This document shows positions 49,995 to 61,766 of a stretch of DNA of 64,000 nt, piece after piece. Every line of letters starts with the position of its first letter. Position 1 is the stretch's first letter. The notes beneath the pieces were generated by a model. The model had not been told where the DNA came from, ran no database searches, and saw nothing but the letters and a program-made list of their open reading frames with translations. Source of the DNA: Malacoraja senta (Eukaryota); the NCBI GenBank assembly GCA_038087875.1, contig CM075987.1, positions 11,036,001 through 11,100,000 of the forward strand, written 5' to 3'. The translations under genes were made by a program, and so were the position numbers.

Positions 49995-51060
49995 AATAGC
50001 AATGCAGACTTTGAGGAAGATGCAGAAAAGCTTCCAAGAGATAGAGACATGCGAGGTGAATGGGCAAAGACATTGTGGATGGAATGCAAAGTGGAATGTA
50101 AAATGAGGCCATTCACTTTGGTATAAAATGTGGAAAGCTGGAGTATTTTTTACCAACGAGGTTTAAAAGGTATTAGTGAGCCCTGCATGTTCTGGTCTGG
50201 TCGAACAAGTCAGCAAAAGTTAACATACATTTTGCCTTTTGAGTTGTTTGCAGAATCTGTATTTTGCTTTTTTATTGTAAGAGGATTTGAGTACAAAAGC
50301 ACAGACTTTGCTTGGTTGAGATGGTTAGAAACCAATCACTTTCTCAAAATAGAATTGGGGATTTCGGACCGAATTGCGAAAAAAAAAAATCTGTTTACCG
50401 AGATAGTGTGAATCTTTGGGATTCACTAGCCCAAGTGTACTGTGAATGCTGAGTCACTAGTACATTCAAGACACCAGAATGTTCTTATATTAATGGAATT
50501 GTGTTAGTGTATGTGAGTAGTGCTGAGGTATAGATTAGCCATGATCTCATTGAATATATCAGGCATGAGTTACCAAATGGCCTATTCATGTTTCGTTATG
50601 TTTTGTTGAGATGCAAGCAACTCCCAACGATCCTCAATTGCTTGAAAGAAAAAAAGATTGCATCCTAGTCCGAAAATAATACCTTCCTGAAGCTATCCCC
50701 CTTAAATTGTCGGTCCTACCCCAATGAAGGGGACCTCTTCCCAGTTCCAGTCAAGCCCTGAGATAATCTACCTGTTTAAAAAAGGTCAACTCTTATTTTT
50801 CCAAACTTTACAAAACTTGGCTCATCTTTCTTGAATCTCTCATCCAAGGTCAGCTCTGTCAGCCAAGGTCAGCTCTCTTATCTTGGGAATCAATCTTGTG
50901 AACCTTATTGCATCAACACTGAATCAAGTATAACCTCGGAGACAGAGACCAAAACTGCACAACATGCAGTCTCTCCTGTGATCTTGATGGAATAAATTGT
51001 ACATGAAGTTACTCTTGTATTCCAATTGCCCTTCTAAGATCTTGCAGTATTTGCTTATTA
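49995..51060. mobile_element. Two old CR1 remnants, tail to tail
   Basis: + strand EWAKTLWM...RGFEYKS and attagccatgatctcattgaat tail; - strand gaccaaaactgcaca...ctcttgtattcc. Confidence 0.6.
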
Positions 51061-51864
51061 ACTTGCTCTGTGTGACATTTAATAGTTTCCCATATTATAT
51101 ACAGAGAAAGATTTTTCTTGTCTCTGTGTAGGTCATTTTTGAGGCCCTGTTTGGAACAGTTTAATATTGCACACCCTTTCTTAAGAACAGGATATTAAAA
51201 CATCGGCATGGTTTACAGAAGACAGTCGGAAGGATGATTTTGGACCTGAGTGTATAATTTTTTTTAATTGAGGGACTCCTAAATTATGAAAAGCAAAAAG
51301 GTTAGTGTCATAGGAAAAGATTTGTGAAGAATAGTGATTGCAGTGTTTGAAGTACTGAATCACATGGTTTGTGGATGTAAGCAAACCATCTAACAGGCAC
51401 AGTGTAGAACAAGTAGGCATGTTGGATTGGGAGAATTATGGCAAGCTCCACCACAAGACAACTTAAAACATCCCTTAATCTTGACTGGGATTCAAAATGT
51501 CTAGGATAAATGCGGCCGGCTTCAGGCATCTGATGGAATTGATATGTTTGCTGTTTTGTGACAAGTAAAAGTCTTTTATGAAAACTAACATCAGGAATTG
51601 TAATCTTTCATCAGGAACAGGTATTTTAGGAGACTGAGACAAGCAACAGCTGGCACTTGACCATAGTAAAATTTTCAAAGGCACATTACAGAAGTTCTGT
51701 ATAAGGAATGGATATTAGGGCTGAAAGTTATTTTATTTTCTTCATCTTTGATGATTGTGTAATATACTATTGTTTAATCTACTGGCATGTGTGCAGATAA
51801 AAATTAAAATATAAAACCTCACATTTTTTCAAAACTTAATGTTTTTCAATCCTCTTTTCTCTAG

Positions 51865-51971
51865 TTGATGGGATTGATCCTAACTTTAGAGCTGAGCACC
51901 AGAATAAGCGGACACCTCTCCATGCAGCTGCTGAGATAGGCCATGTGGAAATTTGTCATATGCTTGTGCAG
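51865..51971 (+). CDS. EHMT1: EHMT1 exon 15 ([35 protein letters not shown], ankyrin)
   Basis: tctctag| ... CAG|gttaaa; 107 nt, phase 1->0; not in the ORF track. Confidence 0.97.
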
Positions 51972-52500
51972 GTTAAAATGCTTTTTTTGTTCATAACTTT
52001 TAAAGCTTTTAAATCTACTTTTATTCTATAATAAACAGGAGGTCTGTGATATAATAGGTCACAATATATAGCACTATGAATCAGCATATCTTTACATCTC
52101 AGGATATGTAATTAATTGAAATTAAGGTATTTGCTACTTTTGCGAAAAATAGTGACGGATCCTCATTTGCGTCTCTGCAGTCTGCAGTCTGAAATATTGT
52201 AACAACTTTCATGTTTTCATTGTTTAATATAAATATTGTTGGTAAATTTTAATCTCATTTTTTGAATTATATGGCTGTTGTTTTGATTAAGGGGAATTAG
52301 ACTGTTACTTTTACCTGGACCTTCAGATAACTGGAGGAACTCGACAGGCCAGGAGGCAGCTGAGGAGGGAAAAGGATTTTAATCAGAGGAACGTTGTCTG
52401 TTCTTTTCCCACCATTGTACAGTCTGACTGGCCGAGTTCGTCCAGCACTTAGTTTTTTTTCAAGATTTCAGCATTTGCAGTTTCCTGTCTCCAGATAACT

Positions 52501-52801
52501 GGGCGGCACGTTGGCGCAGCGGTAGTTGCTGCCTCACAGCGCCTGTGATCCGGGTTTGATCCAGACTACGGGTGCTATCTGTACGGAGTTTGTACGTTCT
52601 CCCCGTGCCCGCGTGGAATTTCTCCGAGATCTTCGGTTTCCTCCAAAGACAATGCAGGTTTGTAGGTTAATTGGCTTGGTATAAGTGTAAATTGTCCCTA
52701 GTGTGTGTAGGACGATGTTGGTGTGCGGGGATCACTGGCCGGTGCAGAATCGGTGGGCCGAAGGGCCTGTTTCCGCACTATATCTCTAAACTAAACTAAA
52801 C
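52501..52801 (+). mobile_element. tRNA-derived V-SINE-like element
   Basis: gggcggcacgttggcgcagcggta (A box), gggtttgatcc (B box), core gagtttgtacgttctccccgtg, tail (CTAAA)n; 71 nt upstream of exon 16. Confidence 0.9.
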
Positions 52802-52871
52802 AGAGCAGGTTGTTTTGCTGAAAAAGTAATTGAATATTATGTATCATAAAGACTGCTGACCTCTTTTGCAG

Positions 52872-52994
52872 GCTGGTGCTAACCTAGATACCTGTGATGA
52901 TGATCAGAGAACGCCACTGATGGAAGCAGCTGAGAACAACCAGCTTGACGCAGTAAAATACCTCTTGAAGGCTGGTGCACTGGGAGATCATAAG
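52872..52994 (+). CDS. EHMT1: EHMT1 exon 16 (AGANLDTCDDDQRTPLMEAAENN, ankyrin)
   Basis: tttgcag| ... AAG|gttaga; 123 nt, phase 0->0. Confidence 0.97.
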
Positions 52995-54346
52995 GTTAGA
53001 ATGACATGTAGCAAGTCAAACGCTTGCAGCATCAATTCCCATGTAGATTATATTTTGTTTCTTTCCTCAAGGTGGGAATGTCATCATTGCCCTTTTGCCC
53101 TGTACTGTAAAATGAAGTGTTAAAAGATAGGATGGAAAGGCCTCTCATGAAATTAGTCTGGAAAGCTTTCTTCCACAGTTTATGGATGCAGGTTTCCAAA
53201 TGTACCATCCATAATTGTTTTAAATCTCCATCAGAAAGGCCAGGAGATATTTATTGATTGGGACAGATACATGTATGGTATGATAAGAATCAGAATCAGA
53301 ATCAGATTTTATTTGCCAAGTATGTTTTGCAACATACGAGGAATTTCACTGGCCTGGTCAGTCATACAATTAAAAGCAACAGACTCAAAAACACATTCGT
53401 TGAAACAGGGCGGACTACGTGAAGGTTGCATTGTGACACTATGCCATTGCTGCATATCAGTGCTTCAGAGTGTTCATAACAGTGCAATGAAACACACTAT
53501 GTCCCTTTGGAATCTAATTGGCATTTTAGCAAATTGTACAATGGTAATATGCATGTAAAGATTATTGGTGAATCTGCAGGAGACAGTTCATAGAAATCTG
53601 TACACTGACAATGGGAGAACTATGCTTTGTTTTTCCACGTAATGCCATTACCTCTTGGTATCTTGTATGTAAAAGATTAATATTTGGCAAAGTTTATAAA
53701 TGTCTTTTAAGCTTCAGAATGATATGATTTATGGAGTTCTGTTCTCAATTGGAGAAAACAAAATAGAAAATTATTCCTGTGATCATTTTGTAATATTTTA
53801 AATATAGAGATTAATTTAAAATCATGATGTATTGAAAGACTAGGTTCTTGATTGACAGTCTTTGTCAATTGAAGTAAATTGAAGAGTAAATGTTTTTTTT
53901 GTTAGAAACAATTATTTGTAGGCATGTTGAAAATGCCTCATTTTTATTTAATCTTTAATTGCCTGGCAATATTTCTTTCACAGAAAAAATGTACAAATCA
54001 TAAAAATAAATCATTTTTGATGTGCTAGTTGTGTGGAGTTTATAGCCTAGAGCTGGTCCTATCTTTCTGCATGGTATTGTGTTGGAAAACATTTCTTAAA
54101 TATGAACATTCTAATTTGATTTGAATTTCAGTAATAACTAACTCTGCTATTGATTATTGTGTAGCATCTAATAAATGTCAGATTTATATGGAACTCTGCG
54201 ATTCAAAGTTTCACTCCAGAAAGACCTTGTTCTCTCCTGATCATATATTAGATCAGAATTAGGACATTTAAACTCCAGTCCTATGTATTTTAGTGCAGAT
54301 CTTTGCTTAACATCAATAATATCGGTTACATTCCTTTTTTTAATAG

Positions 54347-54448
54347 GATGTTGAAGGTTCAATTTGCCTTCATATGGCAGCTAAGAAGGGACATTATGAT
54401 GTTGTTGCACATCTTCTGTCCACAGGATTAATAGATGTAAACTGTCAG
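54347..54448 (+). CDS. EHMT1: EHMT1 exon 17 ([34 protein letters not shown], ankyrin)
   Basis: ttaatag| ... CAG|gtgagt; 102 nt, phase 0->0; not in the ORF track. Confidence 0.97.
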
Positions 54449-55196
54449 GTGAGTCAAACATCTATCGAAGTTACAAAAGCTAATGTAATATCTTTGACTT
54501 AACTATCCACTCTTGAGTGTACCAGGGTTATTAATCTAATTGGGTGCACTTGTGGAGGTTTTGCACATCACCAGCCACTTCAAAACATCATGCCTCTCTC
54601 CCACCATTGCTCCAACCTTCAGATGCGTTGCCTTTCTGTGCCAAATGTAACAGGGGAACAGGATCTGCCATCTAATTTGATTTACCTAGACTGACAATTG
54701 AGGCTATTTTTCCTGCATCTTGAATGCTTAATTTAACAGTTCAGAGAAGTGGGATAAAACATTAAGAATTTGCTTTCACGTCTCTGATTTTGTGAGTCCA
54801 TGACAAGTCTAATGAGTTTTCCCATGCAGCAAATTATGTTTTAATTTCTTGGCTGAAGGAAAAAAAAAATATTATGAATAAGTTATTGATTTCAATCCAG
54901 TGACCCCATCCAGGAAATACTGTTGATTAGTGAGTGAATGACAGGTGTAAAAGTCCAGGAAGCTTTTATTTTTGTAAAGTTTAGGTACTAATGTTTAATC
55001 TGCTACTGTGTTATTTTGGCTAAATGTGATGATCATTTTAGCTAAATTGTGTTAATATAACTGCCACTTGAAATGTGAAATAAAAACAGGAAATGCTGGA
55101 TATACTCATCAGGTCATGGAATTCTTTCCTCATTCTTTTTCCTATGTTCTTGTTTCATTTGTGAGTTTTCTTATACCATTTGTATCCTTTGAACAG

Positions 55197-55301
55197 GATG
55201 ATGGTGGTTGGACGTCCATGATTTGGGCCACAGAGTATAAGCATATAGATATTGTAAAGCTGCTACTGTCAAAAGGAGCTGATATTAACATTAGGGACAA
55301 T
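55197..55301 (+). CDS. EHMT1: EHMT1 exon 18 ([16 protein letters not shown], methyl-lysine cage ankyrin)
   Basis: tgaacag| ... AAT|gtaagt; 105 nt, phase 0->0. Confidence 0.97.
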
Positions 55302-56481
55302 GTAAGTCACTTAATATCTTAAGCATAAAGAAACTTATTGGTATGAATTTGGAAAAATACTGGTTTAACAATGGAAACTTATGAATGAAAGATTTTCTAA
55401 TGTGTTTTTTTATAGTTACATTTTGTCCTTATTTGCTAGTTAAAAGTTGCACAAGAGAAGAAAACTAAATTAAAATATATGATTGGTATCCTGATCTCTG
55501 CTCACAGTGATGACTTTTGCTGGGACCGAAAGCAGTTAACAGAGATCTTTAAACAAATAGACACGTATAGATTTGATTACCACAATAGATTTGATACATT
55601 TTGGCACGGGTTGATAGAATGTAGCCTGTCTTTCTTTTTTTTCGGTTGTAATGAATCCATTAGAATTGTCTATCAATGCAAAGTTTGTAGATGTGGATGA
55701 TTACTACATATTGTTGCTAAATTGACACTAAAATAAATAAGGCTGGAGATTTTGGGTGCCTTAATTGTTGTTCTTGAGGCTTATTGGATCAAATGAGGAC
55801 AGTTTAATGTGTATTGGTTCGTTTTGTTTGGTCATATACTCCGCTGCTGAGAATTGTATTGTTGTAGTAGGATCACTTTCCTTGTTGCTGGTTGTCAATA
55901 TAAAGCAGTTTGCATGTAAATGATTTAGTCTAAGTAGCAATAACGTCATTTTGAATATTTTTCATCATTAGCATTTAGGCACAGAGGGTGAAACAAATCG
56001 CAATGGCTTTTAAAAATCTAGAGCTATACGAATTGAGGCTGAAATGCATCATAATAGGATTTTTTTTCAAATGTTGTAATGTGATTCCTAATCAAATACT
56101 TCACACTCAAAATACTCGAGCCTGTAATGAATGATTTAATTTACATCGTTCAACTATGTTTGTAGCTATGAGTCTCCTTCATTTAGAAATCTATTGCCTG
56201 CAATTGTTGCTTAATGATAACTTCACTTGATATATTTAACTTCAGAGATGGGTTTCATTACTTTTAATAAAACAGGCACCTAATTGGCCTTTCATTCATG
56301 ACCATGCTATTATGAATGTTGACATTGCAGTCCTTAATTACAATTTTCAATTTGGTAGCTGTAGGAACACTTCAGGACTTTTTGCCAAAAGTTGCAAAAT
56401 AATTAAATCTGTGATGTTTTTGAAAAATTGACTGAAATTGGACAGAATTTAAAGTGTTTTCTTCCTACTTTCATTGCTCAG

Positions 56482-56636
56482 GAAGAGAATATTTGTTTGC
56501 ATTGGGCAGCTTTCTCAGGGTGTGTGGATATTGCTGAGATATTCTTGAATGCAAGAAGTGATCTCACTGCAGTGAATATGCACGGCGACTCTCCTCTACA
56601 TATCGCATCAAGGGAAAATCATTATGAATGTGTAGT
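56482..56636 (+). CDS. EHMT1: EHMT1 exon 19 ([19 protein letters not shown]...[12 protein letters not shown])
   Basis: tgctcag| ... AGT|gtaagt; 155 nt, phase 0->2. Confidence 0.97.
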
Positions 56637-56985
56637 GTAAGTACGGTGTTAAATGCTTTTATGTGTCACTGCTCGTTATGTTATGTCCTTGCAAAGTCCA
56701 AACTTGATCATTTTGACAAATTCTCAAACTAAATGTCCATATTAGAAAAATGCTGTTATGTTGCTTCCTACAGATAACAGGCCTATCTAGCAACACGTCC
56801 CCTCCTGAGCAAGCGCTGAGCTGCCCACACTCATAACATATATAACTTCAGTATTCTGAATGGGAGAGAACCCAACAAAGTTGTCACTGGTTGGCATGAA
56901 CCTTTATGATAGACAAAAAATAATTTCCCATATTTTGTGAGTGTTTTTCATTATCAATAGATAGGCCCTACAATAATATTATGCA

Positions 56986-57175
56986 GGTAGACACAAAATG
57001 CTGGAGTAACTCAGCGGGACAGGCAGCATCTCTGGAGCGAAGGAATGGGTGACGTTTCGGGACGAGACCCTTTACGTCACCCATTCCTTCTTTCCAGAAA
57101 TGCTGCCTGTCCCGGTGAGTTACTCCAGCATTTTGTGTCTACCTTCGATTTAAACCAGCATCTGCAGTTTTTTCT
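56986..57175. mobile_element. Fold-back Penelope-derived short element
   Basis: ~70-bp inverted arms (56986-57055 / 57074-57143); direct repeat TACAATAATATTATGCA at 56969-56985 and 57176-57192. Confidence 0.9.
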
Positions 57176-57570
57176 TACAATAATATTATGCATCATTACT
57201 TTGATTACAGTCACATAAGCTGCAGGCTTCTGGCTAATAATATGTGATCACAATTGGTTTTTGAAATTAAACCGATCTTTATACACAGCTAGTGGTATTT
57301 CATTTCCTTCATTAACTCTTATCCAGATATGTTTAATTATTTGCATTATTTTGGATTTAATGTTTCTTTTTTAAATTTTCTTCATCTTGTAACTAATGCC
57401 TTTTGGAAAAAACACAATCAATCAAATAATAACATGACTTCTACAAACTTAAGACCAGATTGATTTTCATCTTTAATCTACAATTTGTCAAGTAATTTCA
57501 TGTAGCCTTGATGTAGCCTCTATCGTGAGGCCTTTGTAGGAAAAATTCATTACAACTTCAAATTTTCTGC

Positions 57571-57839
57571 TTTTAGTTTAGAGATACAGTGCGGAAACAG
57601 GAGGGCCATCAGGTCCGCACCTACCATTGATCCCCATACACTAGCACTATCCAACACACTAGGGACAATTTACAATCTGTACCGAAGCCAATTAACCTAT
57701 AAACCTGTACGTCTTTGGAGTGTTGGAGGAAACCAGAGCAGCCAGGGAAAACCCACACGGCCACGTGGAGAACATACAAACTCCGTACAGACAGCACCCG
57801 TAGTCAGGGTCGAACCTGGGTCTCTAGTGCTGCGCCACC
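57571..57839 (-). mobile_element. tRNA-derived V-SINE-like element (reverse)
   Basis: Reverse complement of the 52501-52801 family. Confidence 0.85.
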
Positions 57840-58428
57840 AAATTATTTGTTTTATTTTCCTATTTCTTCCAGCAGAAGGTTTTCTGGTATCTCTGCTATA
57901 ATATCCCAATGGCTAGCTGATGTGCTTAATCCTCTGTGTGCGCTCACTCTTGTTGATTGTTGTCTGTTACACGGTGCAAGGTTATCTCTTTTCAATGGTC
58001 GTTTGAAAACATAAGCTGTTTTCTTTAAATAATCTCTGATGGCTGTAGGGAAAAATAGAAGTTGTTATGTAAGAATAACACCATGCCCCGTTCATCACCC
58101 AAATGACTGTTTTATACTTTTATGGTGCCCGGTGCAGACAAAACTCCAGTTTGCAAGCCTACTAAATATCATGGAGAGCTTTGTCAGTTTTTCTAAACGG
58201 ATAAAATGGCTCAATTTTGTTCAACACAACAGCTGATTTGGGTAACTAAATTCAGGGTCGTACAGTTTATAAACTGATTTATAGTCAGATTTTGTGGGAG
58301 CTCTTGCAGGTCAACACAGATTATAAAAGAAATGACCATGAAAGTTAAAATATATGATAACAATTGCAATGGAAATGTATTTCAAGGGTATAGTGGCACT
58401 GAATCTGCTTGTAATTGTACACATTTAG

Positions 58429-58596
58429 GCTTTTTCTTTCACGTGGTGCTGATGTTAACATTAAAAACAAGGAAGGTGAGACTCCACTTGAATGTTCAAG
58501 CTTGAATTCGCAAGTCTGGGTTGCACTGCAGATGAACAAAAAACTGAAACAAGCATCAGCTAACAAGATTGCCCAGGCTGAGAAGCTGGTTAGTAG
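58429..58596 (+). CDS. EHMT1: EHMT1 exon 20 ([22 protein letters not shown]...EKLVS)
   Basis: catttag| ... TAG|gtatga; 168 nt, phase 2->2. Confidence 0.97.
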
Positions 58597-58869
58597 GTAT
58601 GACAAAATATTTCCCTTACTTTCTGCTTTTTCATTAAATGTTTTAACTTAAATATATTTGATTTTCCTATTTGAAACACCACAATTTTTACAAAGTACTG
58701 GAGTAACTCAGCAGGTTTGACAGCATCTCTGGAGGACATGGATTCGTAACATTTCTAGTCCGGGCACTTCTTCGGACTTATTGTTGTTGGGGGGAGTAAT
58801 GTTTGGTTGGGGCAAAGCCAGTCAAGTGCAGTTGTGGTTGCTTAGCTGTGGGAAGGATTAAGTTGGAAT

Positions 58870-59320
58870 TAAACTGGAAAGGGTGCAAAAAAGATTTGTG
58901 AGGATGTTACTAGAACTGGAGGATTTGAGTTATAAGTAGATGCTGGATAAGTTGGAACATTTTTCACTGGAGCCTTAGAGAGGTGTATAAAATCTTGAGA
59001 GGTGTAGATAAGGTAAAGTATCATAGTCTTTTATCCAGGATAGGGGAATTTAAAACTAGAGTGCAGAGATTTGGGTGAGAGGAGCAATATTTAATAAGAA
59101 CTTGAGGGGCAATTTCACACAGATGGTGGTGGGTATAGGGAGCATGCTGCAGAATAAGCTAAAGAGGCAGGTACAAATACAACATTTAAAAAAACATTTG
59201 AATGGGAACATGGATAGAAAAGGTTTAGAGGGATATTGACTTGCTTAGATAGACATTTTGATCAGCATGATCGAGGTGGGCTGGACAGCCTGTTTCCGTG
59301 CTGCATAACTCTATGACTAA
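58870..59320 (+). mobile_element. CR1 3' end
   Basis: ctggaaagggtgcaaaaaagatttgtgaggatg (LERVQKRF.RM); tail cctgtttccgtgctgcataactctatgact. Confidence 0.85.
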
Positions 59321-59862
59321 TAAAAATGATGGAAAAAAAACATTTTGTAGCAGAAAATTAAAATAGTGAAAAGCAAAAATTAAAACAAAATGGTGAAAAT
59401 GTTCAGCAGGTCAGGCTGCATCTGTGGTAGGAAAAACAGCTAATATTTCAGGTCGTGGGCCTACCATCAGGCATGTTTTGTAGCGCGCACTAATCTATTT
59501 TCCTCTCTTACAAATGTATTTAAAGCTTACATCGTTTTCCCCGCATTTTCAGAGCACTGAAAATAACAATAACTCTTGAAGTTGCTATAATAATTAGGGG
59601 CAGTTTAACGGCATGACTTTCTGTATTATTGAGTATTTCTAATTTATTGAGTATTTTAATGGCACAAAAAGTAGATAGAGCTGCTCGTGTAGAGCTTTTA
59701 GTGATTTTCTTTGTATGAAGAAATTTCCACCATATTTACAATTCGTCTTCCTATCTGTGTACACCAAGTTCTCACATTCCAAAACTGCACTGTAGTACTA
59801 TTTATAATATTTGCACCTGTTTAATACTATCTCAGTTTGTGTTTTTTTAATCCTCCTGACAG

Positions 59863-60007
59863 AGATTTAGGTAGAGGGTATGAACATGTACCAATTCCGT
59901 GTGTCAATGGAGTGGATGACGAACCTTGTCCAAGTGACTATAAATATGTTTCCCAAAATTGTGTGACTTCTCCGATGAACATTGACCGGAACATCACACA
60001 TCTGCAG
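59863..60007 (+). CDS. EHMT1: EHMT1 exon 21 ([18 protein letters not shown]...[10 protein letters not shown], start of pre-SET)
   Basis: ctgacag| ... CAG|gtatgt; 145 nt, phase 2->0; gene continues beyond the window. Confidence 0.97.
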
Positions 60008-60944
60008 GTATGTCCAAAGGATGATGAATTACTGCAATGTTGATTATAAAATGTAATATTCCTGATTCATGGTAAACAATTGCGGGGATACATCCGAGTC
60101 CAGATGAAGGATACTGACCCAAAATGTTCACCGTCCATTTCCTTCCACAGATGCTGCTCGACCCCCTGAGTTCCGCTAGCATATTATTTGTTGTTGGGTT
60201 ATATAACCTCAGTAAAGTGGTACTGGAATGCCAACCAAGAATTTGAATTCATGGCAAATTAAATTCAATAGAAATCTGGGTTAGCTGCTTAATATAACAA
60301 TCTAAGTTTAATTTCTCGACTGGGAATCTAATCTGTCATTTCCTTGACTGATATATATGTGACCTCTGCCACAACATGCAGTTTGTGCAAAGTCCGGAGG
60401 GTACCTGAAGATGGGCAATAGAATTTGACCATTGAATATTCCACACATCCAATATTTGTTTGTTTTTTAAGTATAAAATGAACATGAAAGGTCATAAATC
60501 AATCTTGGATTCTTGTAGCAAAATCCAAACTGCTAGAGTATCTCAGTATCTGTGCAAGCAAAGTGATAATCAATGTTTTGGGTCAAGAACCTGCATGAGG
60601 ACTTGAGTAAAAGTCCCTTTGCTTCAACAGATGCTGCCTAATCACTGGATTTCCCCAGCAATTTCTTTGCTCCCCAATACAGCACCTGCAGTCTCTTGTG
60701 TCTCCTTGACTTATTGTAAGCTGACAGGAATAAATTTCTGCCCAGATATTGAGCTTGGCATAGGAGTTCCTCAACTCCGTGTTGTAGTCCCAATGACCAG
60801 TTTCTATCATAAGGCTGGAAGTGAGAATATTTTCTGTCGATTGCACTCCATTTGCATCTCCTCAGACAATGAAGCAGTCCCTGCAATTGTGCATCAAGAA
60901 CTGAGTTTTTCGCTGAAAAGTGAGAATGTAGGACACAATTTAAT

Positions 60945-61420
60945 GTTCTGCACATAGTCTCAACAGATAAAATTTGACCACCTCCCAACATTGAAGAGCA
61001 GTATTGAATCTGCGCAGGAACTTGAAGCTGCGACTCTCTCCACCGCCGTCCTGCCGATGCAGACAGGCTCATGCTTTCCATTCCTGAAATCAATAATTGA
61101 CTTCTTGACTTTGTTGACATTAAAAGCAAGATTGTTCTTTCTCTCACCATTCAATAAGATTATTGATCTCCCTCCTGTACTCTGACTCATCGTTACCGGT
61201 TATTCGTTCAACAAAGATGCTTCATCAGTGAAATAAATGGTGGCACTGGAGCTGTGTCTGACTAATCAGTCATGGGTACAGAGAGAGTATAGCAGGGGAC
61301 TGAGCACGCAGCCTTGAGATAGTCAGTGAGGAGGCTGCGTTGTTGCCAATTCATATTGGTTGACATCTGCTGATGAGGAAGTTGAGGATCCAATGCACAG
61401 GGACGAGCAGAGACCCAGGT
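60945..61420 (-). mobile_element. Rex1-like LINE RT fragment
   Basis: NNLAFNVNKVKKSIIDFR...IGRTAVERV; ctcaaggctgcgtgctcagtcccctgctatactct (QGCVLSPLLYS). Confidence 0.8.
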
Positions 61421-61766
61421 GCTTGCATTTCACAATAATGAAAGAGTGGTCTTTTCCAATGGTCTCCTCATAGAACAAGGGTGTAATCCTGATCTCCCAA
61501 CCTACATTATTGCAGCCCTTGCACTTTTAAAAAAATTCAAAAGTTGTGTTCACATCCCTGCCTACTTTGGTCCACAACCAACTCTTTCATTTTGCTTGTT
61601 TGTTCAGAAAACGACTAATATTACAACTTGATTACTGCTGTTATTATTTGCTAATGGAAATAATGGCAGAAATGAATCAAACGTCAGCATTTGATTTAGT
61701 GTACCATCTTACTGGAGCTCGTTAGCTCAAATGGTGCCCTTGAGTTCCCGAAAAACAGTTAATATA

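Noticed and set aside
52501-52575. tRNA genes at 39066, 52501 and 57839
   Set aside because: A/B boxes continue into a SINE core and CR1-like tail; no full cloverleaf
20754-60007. Assignment as EHMT2 (G9a)
   Set aside because: [39 protein letters not shown] and the exon sizes match EHMT1/GLP rather than G9a as recalled
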